58,092 nucleotides of DNA, from positions 1-58,092 of IMG/VR virus record IMGVR_UViG_3300047585_000006; one strand, 5' to 3'. Below are positions 19,207 to 29,299 of this stretch, piece by piece. The position numbers were made by a program, and so were the translations under genes. The DNA comes from a virus (lineage: Duplodnaviria; Caudoviricetes). Below the pieces are notes generated by a model. It saw only the letters and a list, made by a program, of their open reading frames with translations. It searched no databases and was not told the DNA's origin. Every line of letters begins with the position of its first letter. The stretch's first letter is position 1.

Positions 19207-22200
19207 CTAGTCCTCTGGGGTGAAACTACCGTAGATCGTAAAACTTAACAACTCATTTATGGCACTCTCTGGTGCCCACTGGATCATCACTTGGAGATGA
19301 CGAACGCTTTCGCATTCCTCGTGATCTTCGGATACGTAGAATCGCTGTCCATAGATCGACTTGGACGGCTTCAAGTTCGGAGGATCAGACTCCCATCGCT
19401 TGAGGATTCGCATACTGCCCGTGAAGTAAGGCAGAGCTTCGTCTAGCAGAACCCCGAGGATGAGTGGTGTTCCCGTTGCAACTGAGTCAGTCGTCACGAA
19501 CTGGATGTTCGCAACTTGACCGGGTTGAGCACACACGTAAGACCCGAACACCGCGTAAGCGGGGTAAGTCGTCCCGTTGATGAGTGTCGTTCCACCATCA
19601 GTCGTCGCGTTCAGGTTCCGAGCTAGGATACTTCCAACGCCTGAAGTACCGCCACTTGGAGCCGGACCCGTCAACAGAAGGTGATTACCCGGACTAACTT
19701 CAATTGCCTTAATCGCACCGCAACCTTGACCCGTACCCGGAAGGATAGTAGCGAACGGTGACCACGCCAATCCCTGTTCGGGAGCGGGCGTTGCCACGAG
19801 TCGATACCAACCGTTGAGTCCGTCAGATGCGAACCACCCCATATCCTCGCCGTTGGCGTACCAAGCGACGTAGACGCTAGATGGGTTCCAATCCTGACCG
19901 GGATTTCCGTTGTCCAACCGGAACTGGTCTGCGATTGGATGACCGACATGGTCAGCACCATTCGCGGGATTGAAGATCAAGAACTGATGATCGGTTGTGA
20001 ATAACCCCATCAGAGTTCCGTTGACATCCAGAGCGTTATAGCTCGGCAAGCCCACACCGGGAAGGTATGGACGACCGTCTAATATCGTCCCATTATTATC
20101 TGGGATGATATAGACATCCGACAACGTGAATACGAGCAGACCTTGAGACACAGGCACTAGCCGAGTGACACGCGAAATCATTGTGTCGATGTTACCCGGA
20201 GCCGTCCCATTGATCCCGTTGCCCGAAGGGGCGTTTGGACCGGACGTATAGTAGACCGTGTTCCCAATGCTGTACCAAAGTCGGTTCAAGTGGTACGTCA
20301 GATTGACTGCACCCGGAAGGGGTGGAGTGTTCTCCTGTGCGACTGCACCCTGAAGGAGTTCATCAAGCTGGGTGTCGGGCGTGTCATCGACATACCCGTA
20401 CTGCAAATACTGGACGAGAGGAACAGTCCAGATCGTGTTGCCGTCATTGGGGACCAGCAATTCGATAGAGCCGCCATCCGTCGTACGATAAATCGCCACA
20501 TAGTCAGCTTGTGGGTCAATCGTAGCCGGGTCGAGTCCTTCACCCGGCGGGAAGATAACAACGCCGCCGATAACCTGCACACCAACGCCGTTAATCTCGT
20601 TGGTTGGACCCATGTTCGACACCGTGTTGTCAATTGTGTTGACCAACGCGATGCCGTATACGAATCCCTGAGTGCTGGTCGCCGTAATTTTACCCGGCGT
20701 GTTGCTCTGGGTTGGAGCCGTTCCAGTGTTGATCCACCAGAGTGTTGCTCCATCCTGTGCCAAACTGCCGACGGTCGAAGCCGCCGTAAAGTTGGACGCT
20801 GGAATTGTTGAGCTTGAAACGCCCGTGCCATATGGCAGAAACGTCGCTCCGTTGACAACTACGCCCGTACCGGGAAGAGTGTACGGAGTATTCGGAGCGA
20901 ATGAGGCCACATTGAACGTTGACACTGGACCGAGGTTCATCCAAGTGTAAAGGTTTGAGGCTTCTGCTACCCGAGCACCAAATACAATTTCTCCGGCAAA
21001 CGGAGTTGAAGCTGTCGCTGGACCCGCTGCGTAGGATTGGCCCGTCGTTTGAATCGACGATCCTGTCGGCCACGCTGGAGCCGAAGTCCAAGAGATGTCT
21101 TGTCCCACTGCGAGGTTCTGGCCAAGAGGGACAACAGTCCACGAGCCATTCGCGGTCAAGATCATCGCCGCTTGGTTCTCCCAATTGACGTAATCAATCT
21201 CAATCGTGTAGTTGCCCGCTGAAGGAAACGTGAACGTCCCGTTCTCCGTCAGCACACCGCTCTGGGGTGGATGTCCTTCACCACCACCGTCAACGCTGTG
21301 GTTATTGCCCACAAGGTTAGCCAGAGGGATGTTGAGGACGCAAGATGCACCCGTACCCGCGTTGTTACTTGGGTTGGGTCCGCTTCCCGTTGCGTTAAAG
21401 AATCCGAAAAATGCTCCATCATCATGACTGATTGAAAACGTGTAAGTACCGGGAGCCGGGATGTACACCGACGCCAAAAACACCATGCCGTTGTCGCCCG
21501 CGTAACCCGAGTTACCGGGACTTGGTTGCAGAGTTCCGTTTCCACTTACCGCGTAGAAGAAGATGTCCCCACCAGAACCGTCAAAGCCGCCCGGCAGAAC
21601 TGCCACAGGCTGAGTCATCGTGCTACCCGTCTGCTGCCAAAGTGACTGGGCATTAGGCGAGATAGGATTGCTCGTCGGCGGCGGCGAAGGGAACGAGATA
21701 GGGAAGTACCCTTGGAAAAAGTTAAAACCTTTTCCGGGGATTCCGGTGTTCGCGTTATCGAAGCCATACGCCGTCACGGGTTGGGCCGGAGCCGCAAAGC
21801 CCGAGGGCAGGTTAGGACAAGTCGATCCACCCGGAATTGGGTAGAGACTATGAATGAAAGGTTGCACCCCTTTGTAAAGCTGGAAGATGTTCGCAGACTG
21901 GAGTATGTAATCGTCCTCATAGAAATGCGTGTTCGGTGCCCACGTCGTCGAGGCCGCAGTCTGGACCGCAGTCCAAATCTCCGTACCTGACGAGTAAGTC
22001 GTTGCTGGCGCACCCGCGATTTTGTTCAGCGTGATGTAACCTGCGTCACCTACGACGGACGATGCCGCCACAGTCAACGAAGGGTTAGTCGCCGTGATAG
22101 TCGCCGGAGCACCCGGTACGGGACTCGAACTCACGGAAACAACCGTAAAGATCAAACCATTAAGTACCAAGTCTTGGGCTACACGAAGACGATGAACGAC

Positions 22201-23667
22201 AAACGTGTCGCCCGTCGTCAAACCTGCGGGATACGTTTCCGTTCCAAATACAACTTTACCGAGTCCACCAACTACGCCGTCAAGCGTAACCGTGTACACG
22301 TCAAGCTTCTTCTCGAACGTAGTGATCGAAGGCGGCGTGAATGCCGCACCTGTTCGACCAGCGGTCGTGATCTGCCAAACGTTGCCCGATGCGTCGAGAA
22401 TGATAGACGCCGGGGAGTAGTACGTGTTTGGTGACCAATTCCCGGCGGTTGCACCAAAAGTCGAAACAGCCAGGGCCTCATCCGGGGCTGCGAGGCCCCA
22501 ATTCTGAACAGTCGTACCCCGGTTGGCCCAAAGTGCTTGGCCGTCTACCGTGATGCTGCCTTGAAAATTCGTCGCCGCTGAGGGTGCCGTAGTACCCCAA
22601 GTCGGCACACTACTCCCGAGGAGTATAGTGTTCGCCGGGTTCGGAACTCCGTTGATGAGAGATGGTGCCCCATCAACCTGAATGAACGCCGTGTTATTTC
22701 CGGCAGTGATCGTTTCCGACACGTTGCCATGAACGAACGCAGCCTTGATCGTCGTGCTATCCCAGACTTCGGTCAACGTGATCGTCGCACCCTGCAAGAA
22801 TGCGAGGCTGTGCGTCGGACCAAATTGGCCCGCCGTATCCGTGCTCCAAATGACAAACTGAGCACCAACTTGGGGGTATCCAGTGCTGCCGATGTTCGAG
22901 AACGGAGAACCACTGACCGTCAGAGTCAACGTATCGTTTGCGATGACAACGTTCGTGATGTAAATGTTGTTAACACTCGTAGTCGGGGCCGAACCGCTCT
23001 GTGCGATTGCACCGATCAACTGCTCCATGTTGCTATTCCCGTCGATGAGAAAGGTGCTCATGAATGGATACGAGTTCAACGGAAGAGGTTGACTATTACT
23101 TGCAGCCGTACGTTTGAAGAGGGATTGAGTCCATTTCTTGTTATCAACACCATCACCGAAGTACCACTGATTGGCGACTTGCTTACCGTAGCTCTGGCCT
23201 GCACTCGGGGAATTGCTCTCCCAGACAGCCGGAGTCGAACCGGGATCGCCCGGTTGTTTTTGAAACGCAGCATTGATCGCAGACAAGGACGCGTTAGCAT
23301 CTCCAGCCGGACCTTCGCTCACCATCACGTCGATTTGTTCGGTCACTGTGCCAAAGATGTCGCTGAGGGCCTTGCTGATTCGGAACTCGTCGAAAGACAG
23401 AACATTGTCCCACGTATTCACCGTGTCGTAAACCGGGTTACCGGGACGGCGAGATAGCGTGAGACGGTTGGTAACTTCGACGTTCGATCCTGCAATCATG
23501 GCATCGCCATCAGGACCGTAAAACTTTTCTTGGGTTCGGGTAGTCCGAGCATCCCGCAGCGGAGAACGATTGGTGTACAGGCCGTTGAAGTATCGCCCTG
23601 TATACAAAGGAGCCGACTTAGTGGGCTTGGGGGGTTGTGCTCCAGCAGCCTGCATAGCATTAGGCAT
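19207..23667 (-). CDS. large tail/head-closure protein (P22 gp10-like position) with inserted PA14-like and other modules
   Basis: 1486 aa; propeller-like C-terminal part (YHLNRLWY, GLLVFTLSDVY); GTYTFSISHDDGAFF...YTIEIDYVN. Confidence 0.65.
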   Translation of the reverse strand: MPNAMQAAGAQPPKPTKSAPLYTGRYFNGLYTNRSPLRDARTTRTQEKFYGPDGDAMIAGSNVEVTNRLTLSRRPGNPVYDTVNTWDNVLSFDEFRISKALSDIFGTVTEQIDVMVSEGPAGDANASLSAINAAFQKQPGDPGSTPAVWESNSPSAGQSYGKQVANQWYFGDGVDNKKWTQSLFKRTAASNSQPLPLNSYPFMSTFLIDGNSNMEQLIGAIAQSGSAPTTSVNNIYITNVVIANDTLTLTVSGSPFSNIGSTGYPQVGAQFVIWSTDTAGQFGPTHSLAFLQGATITLTEVWDSTTIKAAFVHGNVSETITAGNNTAFIQVDGAPSLINGVPNPANTILLGSSVPTWGTTAPSAATNFQGSITVDGQALWANRGTTVQNWGLAAPDEALAVSTFGATAGNWSPNTYYSPASIILDASGNVWQITTAGRTGAAFTPPSITTFEKKLDVYTVTLDGVVGGLGKVVFGTETYPAGLTTGDTFVVHRLRVAQDLVLNGLIFTVVSVSSSPVPGAPATITATNPSLTVAASSVVGDAGYITLNKIAGAPATTYSSGTEIWTAVQTAASTTWAPNTHFYEDDYILQSANIFQLYKGVQPFIHSLYPIPGGSTCPNLPSGFAAPAQPVTAYGFDNANTGIPGKGFNFFQGYFPISFPSPPPTSNPISPNAQSLWQQTGSTMTQPVAVLPGGFDGSGGDIFFYAVSGNGTLQPSPGNSGYAGDNGMVFLASVYIPAPGTYTFSISHDDGAFFGFFNATGSGPNPSNNAGTGASCVLNIPLANLVGNNHSVDGGGEGHPPQSGVLTENGTFTFPSAGNYTIEIDYVNWENQAAMILTANGSWTVVPLGQNLAVGQDISWTSAPAWPTGSSIQTTGQSYAAGPATASTPFAGEIVFGARVAEASNLYTWMNLGPVSTFNVASFAPNTPYTLPGTGVVVNGATFLPYGTGVSSSTIPASNFTAASTVGSLAQDGATLWWINTGTAPTQSNTPGKITATSTQGFVYGIALVNTIDNTVSNMGPTNEINGVGVQVIGGVVIFPPGEGLDPATIDPQADYVAIYRTTDGGSIELLVPNDGNTIWTVPLVQYLQYGYVDDTPDTQLDELLQGAVAQENTPPLPGAVNLTYHLNRLWYSIGNTVYYTSGPNAPSGNGINGTAPGNIDTMISRVTRLVPVSQGLLVFTLSDVYIIPDNNGTILDGRPYLPGVGLPSYNALDVNGTLMGLFTTDHQFLIFNPANGADHVGHPIADQFRLDNGNPGQDWNPSSVYVAWYANGEDMGWFASDGLNGWYRLVATPAPEQGLAWSPFATILPGTGQGCGAIKAIEVSPGNHLLLTGPAPSGGTSGVGSILARNLNATTDGGTTLINGTTYPAYAVFGSYVCAQPGQVANIQFVTTDSVATGTPLILGVLLDEALPYFTGSMRILKRWESDPPNLKPSKSIYGQRFYVSEDHEECESVRHLQVMIQWAPESAINELLSFTIYGSFTPED

Positions 23668-23670
23668 AAT

Positions 23671-24174
23671 CTAGCTCCTAGCAATCTTGCGGACGTGGTC
23701 CAAAAAATTCTCAACCGATAGATCGCACTTCATGTGATTACACAAAAAGCAACAAGGTACGCAATTTTCTAAAGCGTAACCGACGGCGTTGTCACGCCTA
23801 TCCACCCCGCCATAGGGCTTTGATAATGATTGGCAGTAATAGCACTGCCGAGTCACCAGACCTAACAAGTCTTCACGGGTCAACGGGAATTTCAACTTCC
23901 GAACACGAGCATTTCGCTTGTAGGTGTAGTAAAGTTCACATAGCCCCTCTGGATACCCTGAAGTGCAACGACGACATCCTCTTGTACGAGTGCCCCGAAC
24001 CAATTCCCATGAACTAATTAATTTTTCGACTCCGCAAGCACAAACACACTCGTAGGAACCTTTCCCCGCATAAGATTGAACGGTCCATTTACCAAAAGTC
24101 GTTCCCACATCAAAAGGATTAAACTTAGTTGGCTTAGGAGGTTGTGCCCCGTTAGCCTGAAGGGTGTTCGGCAT
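23671..24174 (-). CDS. HNH-type endonuclease whose N-terminus copies that of the downstream gene
   Basis: CVCACG, CYYC, GVDRRDN..GY...NCVPCCFLCNHMK. Confidence 0.88.
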   Translation of the reverse strand: MPNTLQANGAQPPKPTKFNPFDVGTTFGKWTVQSYAGKGSYECVCACGVEKLISSWELVRGTRTRGCRRCTSGYPEGLCELYYTYKRNARVRKLKFPLTREDLLGLVTRQCYYCQSLSKPYGGVDRRDNAVGYALENCVPCCFLCNHMKCDLSVENFLDHVRKIARS

Positions 24175-24188
24175 GGATCGGACCTTTC

Positions 24189-25250
24189 TTAGACTTGGAA
24201 CATTACCGCGAGAACGGGGACTTCAGTTCCGTACGAAAAGGGTGTGATAGCCCCAAGCGTAGCGGGAAGAGTCGTGCCCGTCGCTGCGTTAGCTGCGGTT
24301 CCAAATCGAACCGGAGCAACGGGTGAAGAGTTCGGGAAACTCCAGTTATTGAGCAAGTCAGACAATGAGGAGTTCAACTCATGTACTAGCATTCCGCCGC
24401 CTGCTGAAGTGCTCGTCCACGCGAACCAGTAAACTCCCGGCTCAAGCGTGATAGGACTCTCAAAGGTGACTTGAGAAACTGCTTGACTATGCGTTGACAT
24501 ATCAAATGCGGACGCCCCGCAGTCGATAAGTTTAGTGTTTCCATCTGCGGAATAGATACCTGCGGTCGCAAACTCTCCGCTGCCTCCTCCTGTGATGCAG
24601 AACGCGGCTGCGGAAGAAATGACCCACTTAGATTCGAGGATCAACTGGACGCAAGCAACCGCACTGTTCAGATTGATCGCGCCCGCAGCGGAAAGACCAA
24701 TAGGGTTATAATCTTGACCGCCGAAGAACCATCCTTGACCGGGAGTATTAAACTCTGTGCCGCCGCCGGATGCCTGAAGATTTATATTACCGCCACCCTC
24801 GTCCGTGATCGTAATGCTGTCGTCCGTGGATTCGAGATTGAGTGTGTTCTGGCTACTGTTGAGTGTGCCGTTATTCTTGAGTGTGATCGCACTCGTTGAA
24901 GGCGTCCACGAGATGATCTGGTTTGGAATCCAACCACCCAAATTAAACGGAGATGATCCCATGACTTGCTGATTGTTTGGCCCCCACGCAGGTTGGCCTT
25001 CAGCCGTGAACCCGGTGACCTTGTAGAACGAGTTCGGTGGAAGAATAACATCATTTCCCCAGATGAACTGGCCTGCTACTGCGTTGCCGTTGGAATCAAG
25101 CTGGATCACAATCTCGATGCCGGAGCAGATGTTGCCCACGCCGGAGACTGAGCCGTCCACGCTCAACAGAAAATGTAGATAACCGTTGGCAAGTACATTG
25201 CCCTCAGCATCCTGAAACGCTCCCCCGGTGAGTTCAACTTTAGATGGCAT
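24189..25250 (-). CDS. putative tail/fiber-associated virion protein
   Basis: FQDAEGNVLANG...FTAEGQPAW N-terminal module; beta-rich C-terminus. Confidence 0.65.
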   Translation of the reverse strand: MPSKVELTGGAFQDAEGNVLANGYLHFLLSVDGSVSGVGNICSGIEIVIQLDSNGNAVAGQFIWGNDVILPPNSFYKVTGFTAEGQPAWGPNNQQVMGSSPFNLGGWIPNQIISWTPSTSAITLKNNGTLNSSQNTLNLESTDDSITITDEGGGNINLQASGGGTEFNTPGQGWFFGGQDYNPIGLSAAGAINLNSAVACVQLILESKWVISSAAAFCITGGGSGEFATAGIYSADGNTKLIDCGASAFDMSTHSQAVSQVTFESPITLEPGVYWFAWTSTSAGGGMLVHELNSSLSDLLNNWSFPNSSPVAPVRFGTAANAATGTTLPATLGAITPFSYGTEVPVLAVMFQV

Positions 25251-25309
25251 GATGTTCCTTTACTCCCACAATGGCATCGCTACGCCATCTGGGGTCGTGT
25301 GACTTACCA

Positions 25310-25609
25310 CTACCCCCCGCCGACGGTCAACTGGCCATCCCACGCGGGTTGGCCTTCAGCCGTGAATGCTTGTACAAAATACACGGTGCCTGTGGGGCTC
25401 AGCGTGCTATTCGGCCAAAGATTAACGATGACGATGCCGTTGTCGTCGAGAGTCGCTACAACTGTACGTTGTGCCGTGACTTGTGGCCCGCCTGAAGTTG
25501 CCGTCGAGATGTCTGCACTCAGCGTGATGCGTACCGAGCCGCCCGCCAGCGGGTTGCCGGCGGGATCGAAGAATGTTAGAACGACAGGAATCTGGATGGG
25601 AGTAGTCAT
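25310..25609 (-). CDS. small virion protein paralogous to the N-terminus of 24189-25250
   Basis: FFDPAGNPLAGG...FTAEGQPAW. Confidence 0.7.
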   Translation of the reverse strand: MTTPIQIPVVLTFFDPAGNPLAGGSVRITLSADISTATSGGPQVTAQRTVVATLDDNGIVIVNLWPNSTLSPTGTVYFVQAFTAEGQPAWDGQLTVGGG

Positions 25610-26563
25610 TTACGCTCCTCGGGCTTGAACGCCTTGCTGCATCTTGAGCATGTAACCCTCTTGCAGAGCTTCCCAATTGTTCAAGAAAATGTTCTTCTGT
25701 TCCTCAGTCAATCCTTCTGCACGGCCAAGCAACGCAGCTTTGAACTGGCCGTTGGCGTATCCCGCACGCGGATCGTCCGCGAATTGCCACATGAGTGCGA
25801 GGAATCCCCAATCGTAGACATACTGCATGAAGTCAGGCAGCGGTGCCCACGTTTGATTCATACTCGTGATGCCGGGTGCCGCAAGCTGAACATGGACTGA
25901 GACGGGGTAAGGTTTGTCGGGTGCCGCACTCATTCGGAAGGTAACATTTCCGTTACCATCTTCAACGTGCGGTGAGATGAACTCTGGGCGGGCCTTGAAA
26001 GATTCGAGTGCGAGGTTGTTCTTGACCGTCAATTCCCACCACTTCAACGGAGTTCCCGTCGCCGTGAGGTCGAGGACACTTGCGTGTTCGACGTGCGAGA
26101 AAGTCGGTGCTGGGATCGTATAGTCCTGAGTCGTGACGTTCGTGAACGTCCCGGCAGTCGTATCGGGGCCTGCGTCTGCGAACTGGACATTAGCCGTGAA
26201 GCCCGAGCCAGTCGCGGTCTGGATAATCGTGACTTTACCGTTCAACCCGGCGAGTGCTCCGGTGAACCCGCCGATGATGACGATGTTCTGCGAGGCGAAA
26301 GTGTTCGTCGCGGATACGGTCAGTACACCAGATGCGACAGAAGCAGTCGTGCTCGTCGCGGCATTCGGAGTCGGATTACAAGTGAACACCAACTCCAGAT
26401 TGTTCCACCACCATTCAAACGGAGGACTCAAAATTACCTGTTGGACTAAATTCGCCGCAGTTCTCGCGGGTTCGAGGGAATTTCCAATGACGGGATTACG
26501 ATTGAACGATAGTCTCTTCGACCAGTTAATAGTGTCTTGGATCGTCCGTGTTGAGATCGGCAT
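25610..26563 (-). CDS. putative head-tail adaptor protein
   Basis: Position after the capsid genes; paralog of 27679-28767. Confidence 0.6.
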   Translation of the reverse strand: MPISTRTIQDTINWSKRLSFNRNPVIGNSLEPARTAANLVQQVILSPPFEWWWNNLELVFTCNPTPNAATSTTASVASGVLTVSATNTFASQNIVIIGGFTGALAGLNGKVTIIQTATGSGFTANVQFADAGPDTTAGTFTNVTTQDYTIPAPTFSHVEHASVLDLTATGTPLKWWELTVKNNLALESFKARPEFISPHVEDGNGNVTFRMSAAPDKPYPVSVHVQLAAPGITSMNQTWAPLPDFMQYVYDWGFLALMWQFADDPRAGYANGQFKAALLGRAEGLTEEQKNIFLNNWEALQEGYMLKMQQGVQARGA

Positions 26564-26578
26564 AAATTCTTGGTGTCC

Positions 26579-27010
26579 TTAGTCCTGCTTGGCAAGTTTG
26601 CGGGTTACGTCGAAAACGAAAACAAACGGGGCGAACACCCAGAGCCAATCTCCCAAAATCAGTCCGAAATCCCCGATGGAATAGATATTTCCAAGATCGA
26701 ATACATCGGCCATCGCATTTAGATGGGTCTTGTGCGTCATCACACAATGAACATCATCAAGCATTACAGTGCCGTCAACGTCTTCCATTGCGGGCTGGGG
26801 CTTCATGATGGGAGAAGCAACAAACTTTTGTTCCGCCGTCGCCGCTTCAGTTTTCTTTTCATTGAGCATGACAGGAAAAGTGTCGTGATTGGCAATCAAT
26901 ACAATTTGGTTAGAAGCCGCACCCAGTACTGTCAGCAACAGGGGCAGGGCAAGGATGTACAGCGAGGTCTTCTTGAGGAACTTCAACATGGCTTGTGTCC
27001 GACAGGGCAT
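26579..27010 (-). CDS. DUF5317-like membrane protein (start may be 26989)
   Basis: TM...ANHDTFPV...HCVMTHKTHLNAMADVF...YSIGD...TM. Confidence 0.6.
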   Translation of the reverse strand: MPCRTQAMLKFLKKTSLYILALPLLLTVLGAASNQIVLIANHDTFPVMLNEKKTEAATAEQKFVASPIMKPQPAMEDVDGTVMLDDVHCVMTHKTHLNAMADVFDLGNIYSIGDFGLILGDWLWVFAPFVFVFDVTRKLAKQD

Positions 27011-27015
27011 CCGTA

Positions 27016-27618
27016 TTACGTGGTCTCTTTCGAGTCCCCTGTTCCACGAGCGTATTTGGCGAGATAACTGGTGACTTTATCCCAGAGCGGTTCAATCCGT
27101 CCTAATGCCGTGTTACAAGCACCACACAATACGCCTCTGTGCGTGCCCTCTCGACCATGTTCATGATCAGTATGCCAGACCTTCGTGAATCCTTTACCCC
27201 AAGTCAAACTAGTGATGCCGCAAAGAGCACATGCCCCGCCTTGAGACGCGAGTTGTGCGTCCCTGTCATAATCACGGCCATAGCGGATTCCGTTCTGGGA
27301 TTTAATTCGTCCTCGATACATCACATCGGGGTATTTCTTACGGAAACGTTTGTGCTCATCATGGCTACATTGGATGCACTTTCGCCCGTCCTTCTTACCC
27401 TTCCTGAATCTCTGAAAGGTATTCTCCAGCGTGAGTTCGTGTCCGTGAACGCAATGTATTTTCTTAGGCCAGCGAAGTTCCGGAGGAAGCGAATGCAAGT
27501 TAGCCTTTTGCCATTTAGTACTATTAGTACGACGGCATTCTTTACAATGAATATACTTCCGAAACATGTAACTATTTTCGGGGGTCATCAAATGCCCATT
27601 TTTACAGTGTTCTCTCAT
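27016..27618 (-). CDS. endonuclease VII-like HNH endonuclease
   Basis: Two CxxGH-x-LT-x-EN modules; CALC, DHEH, RGVLCGACNTALG. Confidence 0.9.
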   Translation of the reverse strand: MREHCKNGHLMTPENSYMFRKYIHCKECRRTNSTKWQKANLHSLPPELRWPKKIHCVHGHELTLENTFQRFRKGKKDGRKCIQCSHDEHKRFRKKYPDVMYRGRIKSQNGIRYGRDYDRDAQLASQGGACALCGITSLTWGKGFTKVWHTDHEHGREGTHRGVLCGACNTALGRIEPLWDKVTSYLAKYARGTGDSKETT

Positions 27619-27624
27619 CCTTCA

Positions 27625-27653
27625 AGTTTAGCACGAATAAAAGGCAAAGTCAA
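27625..27653 (-). promoter_or_regulatory. sigma70-like promoter, probably leaderless transcript
   Basis: TTGACT-N17-TAAACT with TG extension, ATG 6 nt downstream. Confidence 0.7.
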
Positions 27654-27678
27654 TAGGCGGTAAGTTGTTGATTATAAA

Positions 27679-28767
27679 TCAGTACGCCCAAGGGCCATAC
27701 GGTTGACTTGGCGTACATACGTTGAACCCCCACCCGGTATCCATGACCCCCGGACTCGATGGGACGAAGCCCCAGTCATCTTCCTCCCGCGAGCCTTGAC
27801 GAACGGCATTGTCGAGAGCCATCATCCAGAGCTTCATCTCCGTTTCAAATTTCATTCGGAGTTTTGGATCAGGATGGAATCGGTAGCACTGGGCGAAGAA
27901 CCCCGTCTTGAGATACGTGAAGTAGTCGTCGGGGATTGGTTCAAGGTACTGGCCGAGTGATGTAAATTGGGGTACGCGTGCTTGTGCGACAGGCTGGAGT
28001 TCCCACACGGGACCAGTCTGCGTTGGCATCGGGTTGATGCGGAAGCCTTGACCTTTGGGGTTGATGGCCGTCCACACAACGGAGCCGTCATCAACCGTCG
28101 GTGGAACTGCGGTCGGGTTAAGCAATGTCGGATAGAGATTGTTGGGATTCTGATTGGTGATGAAAGGATTCACGTCACCGCACGTCCCATAAGTCGTCAA
28201 CGCCCACAGATTGCCGAAGGAGTCCTCAACTTGAGTAGTCGGATTCGCTGGGCAGGACATCAGGCCGAGAGGATTCGTGTACACGACGCCGGGACCGGGA
28301 TTGGACAATCCGGTCAACGAATCGTTGACACTCTGTCCCCACTGTCCGTACTGCATCGAGTCGTTCTGAATCCACTGAATCTTGGCGAGGTTGCCCGTCT
28401 GGGCATTGGTCAGGAGTACGTCTCGCTTGACCTCGACAACGCGAAACGGCTTGGGTTGCTGCGTCGAGCTAGTGTTGTAGGCCCCGCAGCTTTCGAGCCA
28501 GCCGATGTAGATGTTGTTTTGTGCGTAGTCTTGCTGGTAACTGTTCACAAAGAACGGCGTGATGTAAACCCGGTTGAACTTGAAGTTGAACGGAGAACCT
28601 TTGGAGCTTCCGGCCAACATCGCAGTCATCGCATCATTGATAGCAGACAGGGCTACGAGTTCGTAACTGCCGCCAGTAGGAAGAGTCGGGGCTAGGTCGC
28701 CCATCGCTCGTGCGATGTCCACGAGGGCCTGCACAGTATATGAACTATTATATGAACTATTTCCCAT
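27679..28767 (-). CDS. putative head-tail adaptor protein
   Basis: GGAG before ATG 28767; paralog of 25610-26563. Confidence 0.6.
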   Translation of the reverse strand: MGNSSYNSSYTVQALVDIARAMGDLAPTLPTGGSYELVALSAINDAMTAMLAGSSKGSPFNFKFNRVYITPFFVNSYQQDYAQNNIYIGWLESCGAYNTSSTQQPKPFRVVEVKRDVLLTNAQTGNLAKIQWIQNDSMQYGQWGQSVNDSLTGLSNPGPGVVYTNPLGLMSCPANPTTQVEDSFGNLWALTTYGTCGDVNPFITNQNPNNLYPTLLNPTAVPPTVDDGSVVWTAINPKGQGFRINPMPTQTGPVWELQPVAQARVPQFTSLGQYLEPIPDDYFTYLKTGFFAQCYRFHPDPKLRMKFETEMKLWMMALDNAVRQGSREEDDWGFVPSSPGVMDTGWGFNVCTPSQPYGPWAY

Positions 28768-29218
28768 AGAAGTTCTCCAGATAATCAGCGGCTTCACGAA
28801 GTAAGTTCGGGTTATCCGAAAAGAAGCCAAGACCCCTATTATGAGTATCACACATGAGTCCACGAACTTTCTGGGTAGTGTGACAGTGGTCTATAACTTC
28901 AATTGAACGTCCGCACGACGGAAGAATACACACGCCATTTTGCTTCTTATACATCTCATCATACCGCTCTTGAGTGATACGATATTTGCATTTCAGCCGA
29001 TGACGATGCCCGCTTTCACGATTTCTCTTCCGATACTCTATGAGATTCTTTTCTCGGTATCCTTTTTGTTGTATAGCCACGTGATGCCTATTAACCGAGT
29101 ACCGAAGTCTGTCACAAGCCTTACAACAAATTTGACCCGTCGCCTTCATATAGACGTTTTCTGAAGTTAACTCATGCCCCTTACGACAATGCGTAGGAAC
29201 TCCACGTTTGTGATACAT
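28757..29218 (-). CDS. endonuclease VII-like HNH endonuclease
   Basis: CRKGHELTSEN, DHCH, VRGLMCDTHNRGLG; AGGAG before ATG 29218. Confidence 0.9.
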   Translation of the reverse strand: MYHKRGVPTHCRKGHELTSENVYMKATGQICCKACDRLRYSVNRHHVAIQQKGYREKNLIEYRKRNRESGHRHRLKCKYRITQERYDEMYKKQNGVCILPSCGRSIEVIDHCHTTQKVRGLMCDTHNRGLGFFSDNPNLLREAADYLENFYGK

Positions 29219-29225
29219 ATTTCTC

Positions 29226-29265
29226 CTATGAAAAGAAAATGGGGTGGTGTTCATAGCACCACCCC
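29226..29265 (-). promoter_or_regulatory. hairpin with loop complementary to the RBS region (putative pseudoknot)
   Basis: GGGGTGGTG-CTATGAA-CACCACCCC...TTCATAG-GAG. Confidence 0.75.
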
Positions 29266-29299
29266 GACTTGTGGGTAATTAATCCACAAGCTATGATGG

